64,000 bases of DNA from Pseudomonadota bacterium (GTDB lineage Bacteria; Bdellovibrionota_G; JALEGL01; DATDPG01). Location: positions 1 through 64,000 of the forward strand of contig JAZDDX010000039.1 of assembly GCA_043809315.1 (NCBI GenBank), in the 5' to 3' direction. A model generated the notes under the pieces. The model had not been told where the DNA came from. It ran no database searches and worked only from the letters and a program-made list of their open reading frames with translations. How positions within the stretch are numbered: the first letter of the stretch is position 1; every line of letters starts with the position of its first letter. Below, one piece after another: positions 9,953 to 19,104 of the stretch. The position numbers and the translations under genes were made by a program.

Positions 9953-12183
9953 GGGCGCATCCTCTGTTCCAGCGTCTCGATCATCCTCGCCTTCAGCAGC
10001 GCCTCTTTCCAGCGTGTGACGACCTCACCTTCGTTGAACGCGCGGAAGTTGGACGTTTCCAGGCTCTGGATGCTCAAATCGTACCGCTTCTTCTTGTACG
10101 TCTCCGGATCGATCAGATACTCCGGATATTGTGAAAACTCCTCGTCCGATGGGTGAAACCCGAGGGACCAGGCGTGCATCCACTGCTCCATGATCTGGAT
10201 GTCAGCCAGTTCGGCTTCCAAGACCGGCTTGTTGACGTTTGGATTCCGGATCCCCTCTGTCCGATACAGAAACTTCTTTAAGATGCGCTCCTCGTTCGGA
10301 TAGAAATCGATCAGCTTCCCGTCGAGCCATTCGAGCGCCTTCTTGCACTGATCGATCATCAGATAGTTCTCGACGACCAGCGCCGCCAACCTCCCCTTCC
10401 CATGCAGCTGGGGGAAGAGCATCGGAAGGAGCCGTTGCGGCTCCAGCCTTTCCACGAATTCATCCCCGAGCAGCTGGTACCACTCCTTGATCTCCTGTTT
10501 GTCCCAGTTCTTGAGCGTCTCCTGGATGACGGCGTTCTCCTGCTCAGCGTTCAGAATCCGGACTTTCAGGAGGTAATACGCCTCCAAGTAGATCGTCAGA
10601 ATGTCGTTCCGCGTTTCGCGTCGACGGTCCAGTTGTTCCCGCAGAGGTCGTCGCTTCCGATCCGGGGAGTGTAGATCGGTATCGTGGTCCAGATCGTCTT
10701 CGTTGAACGAAAGGGCCGTTTCATCCCAGATCAACCGCGCCTTTTTGATCCCGAGCGTGACGAGGTCTTTCGCCTGCTGCGGGAGATTGATCGCCGCCAT
10801 CGCCCCCGCCATGCTGAACCCGATCCCGATGGCGGTCCCCCAACCCGGATAAATGTTGCTTCCAATCATCCCTCCCAGGTAACCGGCGGTCGTCATGGCG
10901 GCCACCATCGTCACGAACTCCCCGGTCGCCGTTTTGAGCCGCCAGGTGTTGTAGATCCACTGGTTTCTGCGCCCTTCGTCGTTCGAAAGAATGACGCCGA
11001 TGTTGCTCAAGATCTGGAGGAAGACCCTCCTCTTTCTCTGCACGTAAGGAGGGGGATGTTTGACGAATAAGCTTCCGGCCGTGGCGATCGCACCAGTCCA
11101 CATCCCCTCCGAGATTTTGTAATCCTCCAAGTCGGTCAGCATTCCCCGCGCCTCCTCCCAGAGCTCGATCCCGAGATCCCATCCGACGAAGATGATGATC
11201 GATTGAATTCCCGAGGCGAGGAGGTTTCGGAAGATTCCGCGTGCGGCCCCGTTCGACATCAAGACCCGGAGGTACTCGAGCGGCTTGCCGAAGAGTTTCC
11301 CGAACAGCGTGCCGCCGCCGATGCCGAACCAGGTGCTCCCCCCGTCCAAGACCTGCCCCGCAACCATCCAGCAGATCTCGGCGAGTTCGGAGGCGTCGAC
11401 CTTCTCGCCGCGGATCCGCTTGTAGTGGATCTCCTGTTGCGCCACCGCGGCACCGGAAATCACCATCAGAAAAACGAGGAGCTGGGCCGTTTTGCCGGTC
11501 TCTTGCTCCCGGATTTTTTTCAGCGCTTTTCCTGTCTCCTGGTCGACCTTTTCTTTCAGCTTTTCGTTCGAATGTTCGAATCGAACTCGTTTCCGGAGAA
11601 TCTCGTCGAGAGTCTGGAGCGTACTCAGCCACTTCCCCAGTTCCGTCGAATCTTCCGGGCCTTTGAATTTCACTGCAACCCGTTCGACGATCTTCTTCAC
11701 CTTTTTCGGTCCGAGCATCCGTCGCGCCACTGGATCGACTTCGAGGAGGGTCAGAATCCTTGCGATCGCGCTGACTCGAGCCTCGGGACTCGTTGCTGCA
11801 GGATCCTCGGGAATATGCGCCATCCACTCCCGGATCGTCTCAAACCCTTTGTCGGCCGATTCGTTCAGGAGAACCATCCGTTCCGCGGCGGTCATCCCGG
11901 AGCGATAACGCGAATCAAAATATCGAATGGCGGCGGGAAGAGCTTCGGCCAGATAGACAGGGTTGTTTCCAAATGCTCTCGTCAGGAACTCTGGGGCGAT
12001 GTCGGAGTGAGGCCTCGGTTCGGTCTCCCCCCAAGGCTTTCCCCAAGGATCCACCGAGGGTCTCGTCCATGGATCCCTCTGGGCACTCTGGGCCCACCCC
12101 ACCGATGGGAGAGCGAGCGACACGACGACACACGGCAGGGCGAGAGACAGGAAAAGTCTCTGGAGGATCTTTCCGACGGTCAT
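9949..12183 (-). CDS. Large exported hypothetical protein with Gly-rich hydrophobic segments and a C-terminal coiled region
   Basis: Signal peptide (..LPSVGWA); GGSTWFGIGGGTLFG and AGYLGGMIGSNIYPGWGTAIGIGFSMAGAMAA segments; ATG 12183 follows a sigma54 promoter. Confidence 0.75.
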   Translation of the reverse strand: MTVGKILQRLFLSLALPCVVVSLALPSVGWAQSAQRDPWTRPSVDPWGKPWGETEPRPHSDIAPEFLTRAFGNNPVYLAEALPAAIRYFDSRYRSGMTAAERMVLLNESADKGFETIREWMAHIPEDPAATSPEARVSAIARILTLLEVDPVARRMLGPKKVKKIVERVAVKFKGPEDSTELGKWLSTLQTLDEILRKRVRFEHSNEKLKEKVDQETGKALKKIREQETGKTAQLLVFLMVISGAAVAQQEIHYKRIRGEKVDASELAEICWMVAGQVLDGGSTWFGIGGGTLFGKLFGKPLEYLRVLMSNGAARGIFRNLLASGIQSIIIFVGWDLGIELWEEARGMLTDLEDYKISEGMWTGAIATAGSLFVKHPPPYVQRKRRVFLQILSNIGVILSNDEGRRNQWIYNTWRLKTATGEFVTMVAAMTTAGYLGGMIGSNIYPGWGTAIGIGFSMAGAMAAINLPQQAKDLVTLGIKKARLIWDETALSFNEDDLDHDTDLHSPDRKRRPLREQLDRRRETRNDILTIYLEAYYLLKVRILNAEQENAVIQETLKNWDKQEIKEWYQLLGDEFVERLEPQRLLPMLFPQLHGKGRLAALVVENYLMIDQCKKALEWLDGKLIDFYPNEERILKKFLYRTEGIRNPNVNKPVLEAELADIQIMEQWMHAWSLGFHPSDEEFSQYPEYLIDPETYKKKRYDLSIQSLETSNFRAFNEGEVVTRWKEALLKARMIETLEQRMRP

Positions 12184-12211
12184 GGCGACAGAACTCAACC
12201 CGCTCTAATAG

Positions 12212-12228
12212 ATCAAGGGACGTGCCAA
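12212..12228 (-). promoter_or_regulatory. Probable sigma54 promoter of the 3-gene secreted-protein operon
   Basis: Minus strand TTGGCAC-GTCCC-TTGAT (TTGA variant at -12); AT-rich IHF-like tract at 12250-12290; GCGACA direct repeat at 12298 and 12311. Confidence 0.6.
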
Positions 12229-12428
12229 AGACCGGTCGGACTATTCCTAGTAAATTCAATAGGTTTTGTTGTGATACTTGAATGATTTCAGAGACCTGCG
12301 ACACCTCAATGCGACATCCCGGCCCGCCCTGGCAATCTTAACATTTGGCCCATGGCGTCATGGTGGCGGGTTTGCCATTTTCAACCGGGGGGGACGTAAG
12401 GCCGTAAGTGCGCTAAAGACGCCCCAGA

Positions 12429-13736
12429 ATGGCCTCCCCCCCCCAAGAAGGGCAGATCTTGGAAGTCGAGATCTCCGCTCTCGCCTATGGCGGCGACGGA
12501 ATCGCTCGCCCCGACGGATTCACTCTTTTCATTCCCCGGACCGTTCCAGGGGACCGTGTTCGCGTGGAGGTCCAGACCGTCCGGAAACGCTACGCCCGAG
12601 CCGTTCCTCTCGAGATCCTCGAACGCTCCTCTCTGCGAATCGAACCGAACTGTCGGTACTTCGACGAGTGCGGCGGGTGCCACTATCAGAACCTCGACCC
12701 TGACTATGTCGCGGAACAGAAGGTGACGCAGATCCGCGAGACGCTCGCGCGGATCGGAAAAGTGGAGGCGAACGTTCTTCCGATCGTGAGACCTGACACC
12801 GTCTGGAACTACCGCAACCGCCTGACCTACCATCGCTCCCCCACCGGCGCTTCCGGCTACGTTTCGTGGCGCGATTATCGGATCGTCGATGTCGAAGAGT
12901 GTCCGATCGCCCAACCCGAGCTCAACACCCTCTGGAAAGAGGTACGAACGGCAACCCGTGATATTCCCGGCAACGTCCTTCCGTTCGTCGTCCTACGTAA
13001 ATTCTCCACGGGCCACCTGGGGGTTATCTACAGCGCGACCGGAACTCTTCCTTCAGCCCAATTGTTGGAGCCCAGGGTTGCTAGTGACGATTCTATCTGT
13101 GTTACTTCGATTAAAGTGGGAGCTCGTTCGGCGTTTGGAGACACGATCGAAGTCTTGCGGGGGCCGGAGCGACTCACGGAGAGGTTCGGCGGAATCGATT
13201 ACGTCGTCCGGCCGGACCTCTTTTTCCAGGTCCATCCGGAAGTGACGGAGCGCGTGGTGGAACGGGTGGGCGCCTGGGCGGAAGAGATCAAACCGGCGCG
13301 GGTGATCGATCTTTATTGTGGCGCAGGCCTCTTCACGCTGGCGTTTGCAAAGCGCGGCTTCCCGACCGTCGGAGTCGAGGTGACGCGCGAGTCGATCCTC
13401 TGCGCCGAGGAAAGCGCCCGCGTGAACGGTCTTGAGGGAACCGTGCGGTTTCGTGGAGGGAAAGCGGAACGGATCACCGAGCGTTTGATCCGCGAAGGGG
13501 AACGGTTCGACGCCGCGGTGGTCGATCCTCCTCGGAAAGGGTTACCCCCCGAGCTGATCGACAAGCTCCCGAGACTCGGTGTGACCCGCCTTCTTTATGT
13601 TTCCTGCTCCCCGCCGACGCTGGCGAGGGATGTCGCGGTCCTTTCAACCCTAGGGTATCGGCTCGTGTCGGTCCAACCGTTCGACATGTTCCCTCAGACG
13701 TACCACGTCGAAACGATCAGTACCTTTTCGCGCTAG
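12429..13736 (+). CDS. rlmD: 23S rRNA m5U1939 methyltransferase (TRAM domain + RlmD/TrmA family)
   Basis: TRAM N-terminus, C-x5-CGGC 4Fe-4S motif, FFQV, DLYCGAG, DPPRKG, YVSC, DMFPQTYHVE. Confidence 0.9.
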   Translation: MASPPQEGQILEVEISALAYGGDGIARPDGFTLFIPRTVPGDRVRVEVQTVRKRYARAVPLEILERSSLRIEPNCRYFDECGGCHYQNLDPDYVAEQKVTQIRETLARIGKVEANVLPIVRPDTVWNYRNRLTYHRSPTGASGYVSWRDYRIVDVEECPIAQPELNTLWKEVRTATRDIPGNVLPFVVLRKFSTGHLGVIYSATGTLPSAQLLEPRVASDDSICVTSIKVGARSAFGDTIEVLRGPERLTERFGGIDYVVRPDLFFQVHPEVTERVVERVGAWAEEIKPARVIDLYCGAGLFTLAFAKRGFPTVGVEVTRESILCAEESARVNGLEGTVRFRGGKAERITERLIREGERFDAAVVDPPRKGLPPELIDKLPRLGVTRLLYVSCSPPTLARDVAVLSTLGYRLVSVQPFDMFPQTYHVETISTFSR

Positions 13737-14668
13737 ATCGGTTCGTTCCGTCTTCGTTTCCGGATCGCGGAGGCGATGATCGCCGCCGTGAGGATCCCGA
13801 CGACGACGGTAAGCGAAAGGACGATCGGGATCTTGAAGAAGTCGGCGATCACCATCTTGATCCCGACGAAGATCAGCACCAAGCCGAGGCCGAGCTTCAG
13901 ATAGTGGATCTTCCCCATCGCCCCCGAAAGCAGGAAGTAGAGGGAGCGCAATCCCAGAATCGCGAAGATGTTCGAGGTGTAGACGATGAACGGGTCCCGC
14001 GTGATCGCCAGAACGGCCGGGACCGAATCGACCGCGAAGACGAGGTCGGTGAATTCGATCACGAGGAGAACGATAAAGAGCGGGGTCACGTACCGGCTCC
14101 CGTCGATCCGCACGAAGAACTTCGAACCGTGGAAGTCGGGGGTGGCCCGGAGGTATTTCGCCGCCAGCCGATATGCGGGGCTCCGGGCCGGATCGTGTTG
14201 ATCCAGCTTCCCCTGCAGGGTCTTGATCCCCGTCACGATCAGGAACCCGCCGAATAGATAGACCAGCCAGGCAAATCGGTGGAGGAGCGAGGTTCCGGCG
14301 AAAATGAATATTCCCCGCATCAGAAGAGCCCCCACGATCCCCCAGAAGATCACGCGGTGCTGGTACACCCCCGGCACTTTGAAGAACGAGAGGACGAGGA
14401 GAAAGACGAAGATGTTGTCGACGCTCAAGGCGTACTCGATGACGTATCCGGTGAAGAACTCCAACCCGGATCTCGACCCGATCTTCCAGAAGATCCACCC
14501 GTTGAAGAGAAGGGCGAGCCCCACCCAGACGATCACCCAGGTCAGAGCTTCGCGAAACGAAACCTCATGAGCTTTGCGGTGGAACACGCCGAGATCGAGG
14601 ACCATCATGATCGCCACGAGGATGCCGAAGACGGCCCAGAGGAGTGGGGATCCGACGCTTGCGTTCAT
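13733..14668 (-). CDS. TerC/Alx family membrane protein
   Basis: EYALSVDNIFVF, DLVFAVDSVPA, SNIFAILGLRSLY. Confidence 0.93.
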   Translation of the reverse strand: MNASVGSPLLWAVFGILVAIMMVLDLGVFHRKAHEVSFREALTWVIVWVGLALLFNGWIFWKIGSRSGLEFFTGYVIEYALSVDNIFVFLLVLSFFKVPGVYQHRVIFWGIVGALLMRGIFIFAGTSLLHRFAWLVYLFGGFLIVTGIKTLQGKLDQHDPARSPAYRLAAKYLRATPDFHGSKFFVRIDGSRYVTPLFIVLLVIEFTDLVFAVDSVPAVLAITRDPFIVYTSNIFAILGLRSLYFLLSGAMGKIHYLKLGLGLVLIFVGIKMVIADFFKIPIVLSLTVVVGILTAAIIASAIRKRRRNEPI

Positions 14669-14669
14669 G

Positions 14670-15320
14670 TCAGGTGAGCTTCGAAAACTCCGGCAGCAGG
14701 TCCTTGATTCCGTTGATCACGAACTGCGCGGCGATCGCCGCCAGAATCAATCCCATCAACCGGTTCATCACCCGGACGCCGGAGGGGCCGATCCATCGGA
14801 GGAAATAGAGCGACCCGGAAAGAATGAAAAACGTGAGGATGCTGACGAAGATGATTGCGGCGCAAACCACGCCGTCCTGAACCCACCCCTTGCTGTGACT
14901 CATCAGGATGATCACCGTCGTGATCGCCCCCGGCCCTGAGAGAAGAGGAACCGCGAGCGGGATGATCGAGATGTCGTGCTTTTCGGCCGCCTCTTTTTGT
15001 TCCTCCGGAAGCGTCCGACTCCGGATGTTCGCGCCGCGAATCATGTCGAGCGCAACGACGAAAACCAACGCGGCCCCGGCGATCCGGAGCGCCGGGATGC
15101 TGATCCCCATGAGCTGCAGCAACCCCTGCCCTGCCACGGCAAACGCGAGAAGAATGAGAGCACAAGTCGCACTGGCCCGTCGGGCCATCCGATGCCTCTC
15201 CTTTTTGGAAAGCCCCGTGACGTGAGAAGCGAAAAGCGGCGTAGCGCCGAGCGGGTTCACGATCGTGAAGATCGAAACCGTCGTCACCAGGATGAACTGG
15301 GAGGTGATGCCGGGGCTCAT
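14670..15320 (-). CDS. MarC family membrane protein
   Basis: IVNPLG, PLAVPLLSGPGAIT, RLMGLILAAIA. Confidence 0.92.
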   Translation of the reverse strand: MSPGITSQFILVTTVSIFTIVNPLGATPLFASHVTGLSKKERHRMARRASATCALILLAFAVAGQGLLQLMGISIPALRIAGAALVFVVALDMIRGANIRSRTLPEEQKEAAEKHDISIIPLAVPLLSGPGAITTVIILMSHSKGWVQDGVVCAAIIFVSILTFFILSGSLYFLRWIGPSGVRVMNRLMGLILAAIAAQFVINGIKDLLPEFSKLT

Positions 15321-15329
15321 TCCTGTTTT

Positions 15330-17063
15330 CTACCTGGGATCGCTCGAAGGAACAACTCTTCGCCGGATCGCGGCCCCCAACGCGCAGAGAAACAGGCCGG
15401 CTCCGATCAGGGTAAGGCCCGTGAGCGAGGATCCGTGACCGGCACCCACTGACACCGCCTGCCGAACGAGTTCGAAGAGACCGGCATCGTGCGGGATCGT
15501 GAAAAGGCCACCGGCGATCAGGAGAAAACCAAATCCGAGAAACATGCCCGAAACTGGAGTCTTCTTCGGTCCCGACCCGAGCGTGCTCCGGTAATGCCCG
15601 TAGGAGGAATAGATCGACATCCCCAGGAACAACCAACCGACGAAACGCCACCAAGAAGCCGGAGGGAGGTAGAGCATCAGGAAGAGGCAGGAGCCGACCC
15701 CCAACGCGGGGAAAAGCCACGGACCGAGAGGGACCCGGAACGGGCGGTGCCGATCCGGCTCCTTAAACCGGAGAACCGGGATCGCGATGCATACCAAGAT
15801 GAAGGCGAAGAGCGTCCCGATGTTGGTCAGATCGACCATCTCGTCGATCGTCGTCACCGCCGCCGTGAGCCCCACCAGGAATCCGATGATGACCGTGTTG
15901 ATGTGAGGCGTCCGGTATTTCGGATGGACCTTCGAGAAAACTTTCGGAAGAAGCCCGTCGCGGGACATCGAGAAGAAGATCCGCGCCTGTCCCAACTGGA
16001 AGACGAGAAGCACCGCCGTGTGCGCGATCACCGACCCGAGTGCGACGACCCCGGCCATCCAGACAGCGGCCGGCGCCCGGTACTGGATCGCCATCGTCAA
16101 CGGCTCCGCTTGCTCCGTGGCTAGCTTCGCTTTCAGCACCTCATACGGGATCATGCCGCTGAAGACCGCCGACACGAGGACATAAAAGACCGTGCAGATC
16201 ACCAGCGACGCGATGATCCCGAACGGAAGATCCTTCGCCGGGTTTTTTGTCTCCTCCGCGACGGTCGAGACGGCGTCGAACCCGATGAAGGCGAAGAAGA
16301 CCACCGCCGCCCCGGCGAACGTCCCTGCCCAGCCGTTCGGCTGGAACGGCTTCCAGTTGGCGACCATTTCGTGCGGCGAGACCAGATAGAAGGCGACCCC
16401 TACGAAGAAGAGGAGCGTCAGGATCTTGATCCCGACCATCACGGCGTTGAACCGGGCCGACTCCTTGATCCCCCAGACCAAGACCACGGTGATGATCCCG
16501 ACGATCAAGAAAGCCAGGAGGTTGAAGACGATCGGGACGCCGGCGATGTGCGGCGCCGCCTCGTACAGCCCGGGAATGTGCGCGGCGGTGCGGTAGTCGG
16601 TCGCCAGCCAGAGAGGGACATGAACCCCCATGCTCTCCAGGAGTGACCGGAAATAGTTCGACCAGCTGATCGCGACCGCGACGTTCCCGACGGCGTACTC
16701 GATGATCAGATCCCAGCCGATGATCCAGGCGATCAGCTCCCCGAGCGTCGCATACGAATATGTGTACGCCGAGCCGGAGATCGGGACCATCGACGCCATT
16801 TCGGCGTAACAGAGGGCCGTGAAGGCGCAGACCACCGCGGTGATCGCGAACGAGAGCATGAGCGACGCTCCCGCCCCCGGCCGGAACGCGTCCCCCGCCG
16901 CGGCGGTGCCGACCGTCGCGAAGATCCCCGCCCCGATGATCGCCCCGATCCCCAGGAGCGTGACGCTCCAGGGCCCCAGCGTCCGCTTGAGCTGGAACTC
17001 CGTCTGCGTGAGCGACGCCAGGATGTCGGTCAGCTTCTTGGTTCGAAAAAGTTCCCCCGCCAA
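15330..17063 (-). CDS. APC-family (cationic amino acid-type) permease
   Basis: GIGAIIGAGIF, CYAEMASMVPISGSAY, FAFIGFD, SRDGLLP; TTG start. Confidence 0.92.
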   Translation of the reverse strand: MAGELFRTKKLTDILASLTQTEFQLKRTLGPWSVTLLGIGAIIGAGIFATVGTAAAGDAFRPGAGASLMLSFAITAVVCAFTALCYAEMASMVPISGSAYTYSYATLGELIAWIIGWDLIIEYAVGNVAVAISWSNYFRSLLESMGVHVPLWLATDYRTAAHIPGLYEAAPHIAGVPIVFNLLAFLIVGIITVVLVWGIKESARFNAVMVGIKILTLLFFVGVAFYLVSPHEMVANWKPFQPNGWAGTFAGAAVVFFAFIGFDAVSTVAEETKNPAKDLPFGIIASLVICTVFYVLVSAVFSGMIPYEVLKAKLATEQAEPLTMAIQYRAPAAVWMAGVVALGSVIAHTAVLLVFQLGQARIFFSMSRDGLLPKVFSKVHPKYRTPHINTVIIGFLVGLTAAVTTIDEMVDLTNIGTLFAFILVCIAIPVLRFKEPDRHRPFRVPLGPWLFPALGVGSCLFLMLYLPPASWWRFVGWLFLGMSIYSSYGHYRSTLGSGPKKTPVSGMFLGFGFLLIAGGLFTIPHDAGLFELVRQAVSVGAGHGSSLTGLTLIGAGLFLCALGAAIRRRVVPSSDPR

Positions 17064-17092
17064 ATCGCCGCCACGTTGCCGGGTCCGGGAAA

Positions 17093-17758
17093 GTGAGTAA
17101 AGTAAATTCCCTTGTGATCGATTTTATCCTTCGCCTGCTGAATCCGAACGAACTCGAGATGATGCTCCGTTCCTGGGGGTGGCTCGGCTACCCGATCCTG
17201 TTCGGGATCGTCTTCGCCGAAACCGGCCTCCTGGTCGGGTTTTTCTTCCCCGGGGATTCCCTTCTGTTCATCGCGGGGTTCGTCGCGAGCACCGGAGTTC
17301 TCGACATCACCTGGCTGAACCTCCTTCTCTGCGCGGCCGCCATCCTCGGGGACGGGACCGGCTATTTTCTCGGTCTGCGGAGCGGGCCCAAGATCTTCCG
17401 CCGGGAGGACTCTCTTTTCTTCCGGAAGTCGCACCTCGTCCGGACGCAGGAGTTCTATGAAAAGCACGGGGGAAAGACGATCGTCCTGGCCCGGTTCATC
17501 CCGATCATCCGGACATTCGCCCCGTTCGTGGCAGGGTTGGGGAAGATGAGGTACCTCCGCTTCGCCGCGTTCAACGTCTTCGGCGGGATCGGCTGGGTCG
17601 TCCTGATGACCGGGGCCGGCTACTTCCTCGGGAACATCCCGATCATCCGACGGAACTTCGAAAGAACCGTGATCGTGATCGTCGTTCTATCGGTCCTGCC
17701 GCTCGTCTGGCACGGCCTTAAAGAAGTAATCCGGCGACCGCCGCCGACATGCAAGTAG
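17093..17758 (+). CDS. DedA/VTT domain membrane protein
   Basis: FAETGLLVGFFFPGDSLL, ARFIPIIRTF; start may be GTG 17114. Confidence 0.92.
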   Translation: MSKVNSLVIDFILRLLNPNELEMMLRSWGWLGYPILFGIVFAETGLLVGFFFPGDSLLFIAGFVASTGVLDITWLNLLLCAAAILGDGTGYFLGLRSGPKIFRREDSLFFRKSHLVRTQEFYEKHGGKTIVLARFIPIIRTFAPFVAGLGKMRYLRFAAFNVFGGIGWVVLMTGAGYFLGNIPIIRRNFERTVIVIVVLSVLPLVWHGLKEVIRRPPPTCK

Positions 17759-18944
17759 CCAACGTTCCGGCGATCATCGCGCGAAACGCAAGACGCGAGA
17801 GGTCGCTCCGCCGGTTCGGGGCAAGCGCGCTGTACCCCCCGATCTGGATGCCGATCGAGGAGAAGTTCGCGAAGCCGCAAAGGGCGTAGGCGGCGATCAG
17901 GCGCCCGCGCTCGGTTAGAAACGTCGGATCGGCCCGAAGCGCCTCTCCCATTTTCGAATAGGCGACAAACTCGTTCAGCACCATTTTCTGCCCCAGCAGA
18001 CCACCGACGTTCGTTACGTCGACCCAGGGGACTCCCATGAGCCAGGCGATCGGAGCGAATACGATCCCTAAGATCGCTTCCAGACTGGTGCCCAGTTTGT
18101 GCAACCCGAAGTTGACCATGGCGACCAACGCCAAGAACGAGATCAGCATCGCAGCGACGTTGAGTGCTAGATGAAGGCCGTCCGAGGTTCCCCGGGCCAC
18201 CGCATCGACCAGGTTTGCGTCCCCCGTCGAGATCTCGATCTTCGCGTTTCCGCCGGTCTCCGGTTTTCCGATCTCCGGGAGCATCAGTTTCGCGATCACG
18301 ATCGAGGCGGGGGCGCACATCACGCTGCAAGCGATCAAATGCCCCGCGACCCCGGGGACAAAGTCCCGGAGCATCCAAACGTAGGCGGCCAGAACCCCGA
18401 CCGCCGTCGTCGCCATCCCACACGTCATACAGGTCATCAGTTCCGAGTTGGTCACGGTCGGGAGGTACGGGCGGATGACGAGCGGCGCCTCGGTGTGCCC
18501 CACGAAGATGTCCGCAACAACCGAAAAGCTCTCGGCACCGCTGACTCGCAGCGTCTTCGAGAGGAATCTCCCCATCTTCGAGATGATGAACGGCATCACG
18601 CGTAGGTAATAGAGAACCGCCATGAGAGCCGCGAAAAAGATGATCGTCGGGAGAACCTGAAAGGCAAAGATGAACCCGAAGCTCTTCGTGTCCGCCACCA
18701 GGTTTCCGAAGACGAACCGGGCCCCCTCGCTCGAAAAGGCCAGGAGGCGCTCGACCCCGCTATTCGCGATCCGGAACAGTCCATTGACCGGCGTTCGAAG
18801 AACGAGAAACGCGAAAACGAAGAGAATCAGCATTCCTAAGGCCGTCGTGCGCCACTCGATCGCACGGCGAAGCTTCCGCGGACAGAGAACCCACGCGATC
18901 GCCAGAAAGACAACGATCCCGAAAAGACTGATCAGCCGTTCCAT
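17718..18944 (-). CDS. NupC/CNT family nucleoside transporter
   Basis: FAFQVLPTIIFF, NEFVAY, ALCGFANFSSIGIQIGG; start ATG 18944 (MERLISLFG). Confidence 0.92.
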   Translation of the reverse strand: MERLISLFGIVVFLAIAWVLCPRKLRRAIEWRTTALGMLILFVFAFLVLRTPVNGLFRIANSGVERLLAFSSEGARFVFGNLVADTKSFGFIFAFQVLPTIIFFAALMAVLYYLRVMPFIISKMGRFLSKTLRVSGAESFSVVADIFVGHTEAPLVIRPYLPTVTNSELMTCMTCGMATTAVGVLAAYVWMLRDFVPGVAGHLIACSVMCAPASIVIAKLMLPEIGKPETGGNAKIEISTGDANLVDAVARGTSDGLHLALNVAAMLISFLALVAMVNFGLHKLGTSLEAILGIVFAPIAWLMGVPWVDVTNVGGLLGQKMVLNEFVAYSKMGEALRADPTFLTERGRLIAAYALCGFANFSSIGIQIGGYSALAPNRRSDLSRLAFRAMIAGTLATCMSAAVAGLLL

Positions 18945-19104
18945 AAAAGAGCCCCCGTTTCGGCCCCTTTTCTGGCAGAAAACAGGGAATTCCGCCAAAC
19001 ATTCTGCGTTGTTAAATCGCTTGGAAGCCCCTCCCGATTGAAGGTATAAACGGTCGCTCCCGGATCGGGAGTTCGAAACAGGCAACGAATCATTTGGAGG
19101 AATT

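Noticed and set aside
13733-14700. yybP-ykoY Mn riboswitch before the TerC/Alx gene
   Set aside because: Only 1 nt separates it from the upstream marC gene, so there is no leader
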